DNA of 55,526 nucleotides, counting the filler, from Sphacelaria rigidula (lineage: Eukaryota), in the NCBI GenBank assembly GCA_964200075.2. It is 2 parts of 2 records of this genome, joined end to end, with 100 filler letters (N's around TTAATTAATTAA, not from the genome) between each part and the next. Parts side by side here need not be neighbours in the genome. Positions count along the whole stretch, not along the records: positions 27,817 to 55,526 come from CAXNAA020000112.1; 1 more part is not named here. One strand, 5' to 3'. Each line of letters begins with the position of its first letter. Positions within the stretch are counted from its first letter, which is position 1. Made by a program: the position numbers and the translations under genes. This document shows, piece by piece, positions 49,945 to 55,526 of the stretch. The notes under the pieces are model-generated. The model did no database searches, had not been told where the DNA came from, and saw only the letters and a list, made by a program, of their open reading frames with translations.

Positions 49945-50742
49945 TTATGGCGCGGCCTATTTGCAGGTGGGGTATGCAAATAAGAGTGCGCAGGTCGCGA
50001 ACGCTTCCACAACGAAATCCACGACAACTTGAATTTCAAATAGAACTGCAGCACACACCAAGCAACGGTCAGTCGCACTTTACAGCACTCCACAGCAGAC
50101 CAGGCACGAGAGGTTCTTGTCGTAGGGCAGGATACCACATACGTCGGCGGCGATGAGCTCTCTACTCGATATCGACCGACAAAAGTCATATTGGGTTCTC
50201 GGTCCACCAATCGCCGCGCATGCTCGATTGATCGGGTACCCTGAACACACCTACTGTATAAGCATCAGCTGCTCGCTATCGAGAAAACCGCCTGTTGCAC
50301 TGCTATCAACAGTTGAACAAGACACGACGCTATCTCTACACTGTTTACTGTCCAGGCTTTCGAGGCGGCGGCACCAGTTGTAGGAGTGTTCCTGTATCCT
50401 ACTATTTGTTAACTGTACAGAGCACAAGAACCCCTGTACGGTTCCAATTTTCAAATAGGTTGTTGTCTCAGGCTATTGGATTTCAGATTCGGCATTGGAT
50501 TTCTGTGACAGAAAATCAAGCAGAACGTTTCGAGATCTATTAAAAAAACAAGGAGAACTTTTCAAAAACTGCTCGAAACGTGACCCCATTATCTGGAGTA
50601 CCGGATACTACACTGAACACGACATAATTCTGCAGTGGTATATGCAGTACAGAGTACTACACTGAACACTAGACAACACAGCAGTTCTGCAGTGTTTCTT
50701 GAAACCTGAACACGTTCTCTTGTAGCAAAATTCATAGTGTCC

Positions 50743-50775
<33 letters not shown>

Positions 50776-52500
50776 ACTACTACGGAAGAACACGCTCTCG
50801 AGGTGCGATATGCCGCAGCGTGCACACCCACAACACAGCTCACATGCACGCAAAAATTGACGAACCAGCACTAGCTAGCCGCAAAAGCAGCAGCAGCAGC
50901 AGTACTGTAGTACGGAGACCGCCGTTGAACTTATCGCACACGCTTCACACCCGCGCACAACAGAGCTGGCACACTATTGTTGAACCTACCCACCCAAAAC
51001 AGAGCAGGCCGCATGCCGCAGCGCGCACCCTCACAACACACCTGGCACGCACACATACACTGACGAACCACCACTAGCTAGCCGCAAAAGCAACAGCAGC
51101 AACAGTACTGTAGTACGGAGACCGCCGTTGAACTTACCGCACACGCTTCACGCGCCGAGAAGGCAACTGAATCGTCACGTACTCTTGTGTGTTTGGATCA
51201 ACTGCATTGTGTTCGGATAAAATGTTTGTAGTGAAGATATATTTTTTATTCGGGGTGTGTTCGCCGTTGTCTCTCTGTCCGCCGCGTTCATTGTGTTGGT
51301 GTGTTGGTGGTCGGGGACAATAAGAGCAGTCTTGGAAACCCTTTCGATGGCGACATGAGCAAACCATGTGCTGTCGTCCTGATGGTAGAAGTTACTTGCG
51401 CTCGCGGCACGGCTTTCAGCGCAGTAAATGCCACCGTCCCGTACAGTATTGTCCGTATAGCGCACGGTACTGTCTACTACTACTTAGTGTCTGCGGTTAG
51501 GGGCAATGCTACGCGGCACTCTCTGTTTTCAATACTTGTACTAAATACAGTTGATCCAAGCACACAACAATTGATCTTGACACACAAGAGTGCGTACTTC
51601 AGTTGCCTGTATTGTCTCTAGAATATACCTTCACTAAAAACATTTGATCCGAACACACAACATTTGATCCAAATACACAAGAGTACGTGATGGTTCAGTC
51701 GCCTGTTAGGCGCGTGAAGCGTGTGCGATAAGTTCAACGGCAGTTTCCGTACTTCAGTACTGCTGCTGCTGCTGATGTTGCTTTTGCGGCTAGCTAGTGG
51801 TGGTTCGTCAGTGCATGTGTGCGTATGGGCGGTGTTGTGGGTGTACGTTCTGTGGCATGCCCTACGTGCCTGCTCTGTTTCGGGTGGGTAGGTTCAAAAA
51901 TGGTGTGCCGGCTCTGTTGTGCACGGGCGGATTCGAAAATGGTGTTGGTAGGTTCTGGTTTCTGGCCAGCGCTGGCGTCAAAACGGCGGGTGCTCTTTTC
52001 AGGGCAAAAACGACGGAGGAGGGTCGAAAAAGCAGTTTTCTACAAATTGTATTTTTTGATACTTGACCGTTTGTTATTGAAAAATGATTTTTTGGCCAAG
52101 AACGAAACTGTGACCTACGGAAAACGCAAAGGTGCTCTGGAACGGTCTCCGCGAGTAGAGCAAGTCTGATGACCTGTTGTCCATGATGCCGCAGCATCAA
52201 CATTCTTTTTGTTCTTCGAAAAATTGCCTCGAAGAAGTGCTTCAAGAAGAAGCGATCCACTTCATTGCTCCCGATAATGTCGAGCAGAGAACTCATCAAC
52301 GACTACGTTTGCGGTATCCTGTCCTACTACAAGAAGAATCTGTTCGGTGTCACAGCTCTGCTGTGAGCTGCTGTGGAGTACGATTGTTGTCTAGTCTGTT
52401 CAGCATCTGAAACTGGTGTTCTTGCGGATTTGGCTCTGGAGGCGTTCGCAACCTGCTTGCTCCCATGTGCATATCCCACCTGCAAGTAGGTCGCGCCTAC
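49945..52500. repeat. Nested long inverted-repeat structure
   Basis: Outer diverged arms at ~49949-50590 and 52015-52497, inner arms at ~50950-51245 and 51620-51928, plus a ~196-bp tandem duplication at 50840-51150. Confidence 0.8.
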
Positions 52501-52899
52501 AGTATTATTATAGTACATTCTACAACAAATCTGTGACTGACGTTGCTGTACACCAGCACACAGGGGTACGACAACAGGATGATTACTGCTGCTCGTGTTA
52601 TTGTGCCCCTCTTGTTGCAGTATGTTAATGTGTCGGTCTGTCAACGCGGTTTTCTGAGCAACCCAGCTGAGGATTGGACTGCGGGTCGATGCGTATGCTT
52701 CCCACACACCACGACTAGTCACTTTCGCTACGGATTTCCGTAATTTGTGCCGCAGAGGCCACATCACTCTGCAAGCTGCCAAAATGTACGTAAAAACGCG
52801 CCTCCTTCAACGTTTTGGGGCTTTCGGGTCCACTGTGGCGGATTGAACAAATCCGCCCAACGATGACCAGGTCTAGTGTGTGTGCGAGGGGCTGTGAAG

Positions 52900-53650
52900 T
52901 GCCACAGGCCGGTTTGCTTCCTGTCTCGAGAACAACGCGTTGAAAAAATTACAGCTGTCGCATACCGAACCTGGGTCAGTAAGGATCGTTATTATCGACA
53001 CATGTTAGTTGGAGATCGCCAAGATGTTAGGCGTTTCCGTACCTGGCGCTTGGCGTTCTCCGAAAGTGAAGCGGCTAGATGTTTTCGCCAAGCCTTCACG
53101 TTCGGCGAACGCCAAATATTTCGAACCGCAGCGCAATACTTCACAGAGCTGCCCTTGGCGCACGCCGTGGAGCTCGAAAGCATGCGAGAATAATCAGGAA
53201 CCTTGCTAGTGAAACCCTGGGCTATGCCGTATAGTAAAAAACACCGCGGGTTCGCGGTATCTATATTCTGAGACGGTGTGTGCCCTGGCAGCGGTGTTGG
53301 AGCTGCTGGGGGCAAGCATGGTGGTCGTCGTTTGCAGACATACGCACTTTCGAAGTGAAGAGCAGAAACAATCCAGTGGCTACCTACTTGCCTGCAATGC
53401 TGCTACGAGTGTACGCTACCGCACCGTCTGAAAAGTGTATAGCTGGTGGTTTAATTGGGTGTATCTGCGCATACCACTTACAGAAAGCAAGCATGCTGCA
53501 ATCTATGCACTGGGCTTTCTTCAGTCGGTATTTTTACTCATGTATGCTGCTGCAGCATCCCGAGAGAGCCGGTCGACAATGCCCTAGCCTGTTCGACTGC
53601 CCCCCCGTGTCACAGAGAGGTCGCGAGAAAGATGTTTACCACAGTTATAA
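52900..53650 (+). mobile_element. Possible hAT transposase C-terminal remnant
   Basis: 'AWWSSFA...YLPAMLLRVYATAP...PERAG' resembles the hAT dimerisation domain. Degenerate. Confidence 0.3.
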
Positions 53651-54959
53651 ACGCCATACATGGGCAGGTAGCATAAGCTTGTCCTTTTATTTTGCCGACG
53701 AAGGGAAGCAAACGACGAGGTCAGCACCATCTGTCATGAGATATCTCACAGCAATAGCAGAACAAGATAATAACGAGCCCTAGGCGATTGCCGAAAATTT
53801 CAAATTTCACACCTTCTCCCATTTTTTCATGTGCCGATCATAAAGGCCCTTAGAATGGAGCGTGTGTTCTGTTCGGCAGAGGTTCGGCAGAGGTTCGACC
53901 ATTCTATGACGTCTTCATTATCTCTTAGCGTGTCTGTTTTGTTTTGCCCACGTATGCTTGGTCGATAGGGCCCCCATTCACATCCACAGCATTGATGGTT
54001 ATTTAATTTCCATGAGCATGTTATTATGAACTTAGGCCGAGTCACCTTGGAGAAGGCAGCCTCAGTACACCTTTGTCCTGTTATTTTCTCACGAGCAGAG
54101 GCTCAAGCCGTGTGTGCCAGGTTGCAATGCGTACGCTGGAATGCAGCATATCAATACAGACCCAAAGCACGCAATCCGAATTCAGATGTTCGCAGAAATT
54201 AGATTATCTCCCTTGCAGCTTACAATTCGAACCAGAGCCAATAGTTTCGCCACGACTATCAAGCTCACTGGTGAGGACTCACTTGCAACTCAGAGCAACG
54301 GCGGCAAGGCTGGTGATGTCCTGGGCCCAAAGTAGAGTGAGCTCGGATGGGAGCTCGGGGCGGCCAAGTCACTACCTTACGCAGGAATTACATCCGTAAC
54401 TAAACACGATACAAAACCAAAGATCAGAAATCCTCCATCCAACGAACATTCCGGGAACACTATCCGTTGTGCACATAACCATTCGATGTGCAAACGTCAA
54501 CCATACTGTATCTCTCATCGACCTTTCAGAACATCAAATCGGATAGTCCAACAACGTGGCATCTTTCGACGGCTAATCAAGATTAATATCCAAACGTTCA
54601 TTTACTCCGAGATCTGTATGACCAGAACGCTGCTGTACCTTATCGACGCTAGTCCGTTCAAATACCATAACAATGTCTCGTCCATGGATCCGCCATGTAA
54701 TAAGTTTTCCGGGTCTGCGCTTGGAAACGGGCCGGAAAAACATAACCTGTGCAGTAGGCTGAGGCTGGAACAGCTACAGAGTACTGGTGTTTAGCGAAGA
54801 TCAGACCTCACCCTGTATTTTCTCTCGCTTTTTCATCCCCTTCTAATTGAGTTGGAGTTTGCAACACCAAACTAAGCTATGGATATATCCCCTGTCTGTG
54901 TGCGCAGTGTGCACAACAATACAGTTCCTTGCTCTTGGTTTCCACCGCGAACGCACCCT

Positions 54960-55190
54960 AGGGCCGAAGCTCTTAGGAGTATGACTGCGCGTGCACTGCG
55001 CCAACTTGATGGGGGTTTTCGTGGGAGCATTCCCCACATTGCCTTGAGCAAAGTTCGCCAACGTTCGAGGCGCCTTCCTCATATGACTGCCGCCAGGCAG
55101 CCTAGCCGAGCTGTTGGGTAATCGGCACACGAACTTGCTTGCGAGGCAAGTGTAGGATTGCGTTTCCTCTTCAGTTCGAGGGAAAAAAAA
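54960..55190 (+). mobile_element. Dispersed repeat (non-LTR/SINE-like 3' part), copy 2
   Basis: Matches 6400-6640 and ends in an A-run. Confidence 0.8.
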
Positions 55191-55357
55191 ACCCCCGCCA
55201 ACCAACTACTTTTTTTTTCTTCTTTGCTTACCGCCAGTTTTTGGTTGTATATCCCAGGGTTTTCCTCTCCCGCTTGTTATCCGATAATGCTCCCTATAGT
55301 TATCCCGCAGCGGCCCCTGTTATCCGAGAACGGCCTTACATAGTGATGCTACGGTAA

Positions 55358-55526
55358 GGGTGCACAAATATTTTCTGAGATTGGAATTATTAGGAGCCCT
55401 CTATCTAATGCAAAACACGATCTATGAAAAAATATGAAAGTACGCCAGGATTACTACTCCAATGTGCTGGGGATATCCCGAATGAATTTGCAAACGGGGT
55501 TGCCCTGACCCATATTTTTGTGCATG
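55358..55526 (+). repeat. Dispersed repeat, inverted copy of 8270-8445, truncated by the window end
   Basis: Direct sequence match on the opposite strand. Confidence 0.75.

Noticed and set aside
52177-52410. 'SSAVSCCGVRLLSSLFSI' as a hAT dimerisation motif
   Set aside because: The segment is one arm of the non-coding inverted repeat mirrored at 50050-50300, so the resemblance is likely chance.

Overview
Eukaryotic nuclear DNA that is very repeat-rich. It is most likely from a brown alga (Phaeophyceae), an inference from the stramenopile-like LMBR1 protein, the long introns and the TTAGGG repeats. Only one host gene can be supported: the 3' part of an LMBR1-domain (LMBRD2-like) membrane protein gene on the + strand. 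It has seven recognisable exons between 29049 and ~48316/48376, six phase-0 GT-AG introns of 0.8-9.1 kb and no visible 5' exons. A 100-bp artificial N/TTAATTAATTAA linker at 27717-27816 splits the window, so the two halves may not be truly adjacent. The rest is a nested graveyard of degenerate mobile elements: a DIRS/Ngaro tyrosine-recombinase retrotransposon, a Ty3/Gypsy pol remnant, piggyBac/hAT/MULE/Sola-like relics, a Helitron-like element, tRNA-derived SINEs, LINE 3' ends, foldback palindromes and several ~42-bp repeat arrays. Most ORFs in the supplied track are spurious. The most unexpected items are a ~310-bp AT-rich insert (14802-15110) encoding a mitochondrial-type group II intron maturase (domain X) fragment, a decayed ~117-codon tandem protein repeat next to a GNAT-like relic in intron 2, and a 2.55-kb nested palindrome. 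I found no intact novel multi-gene system.
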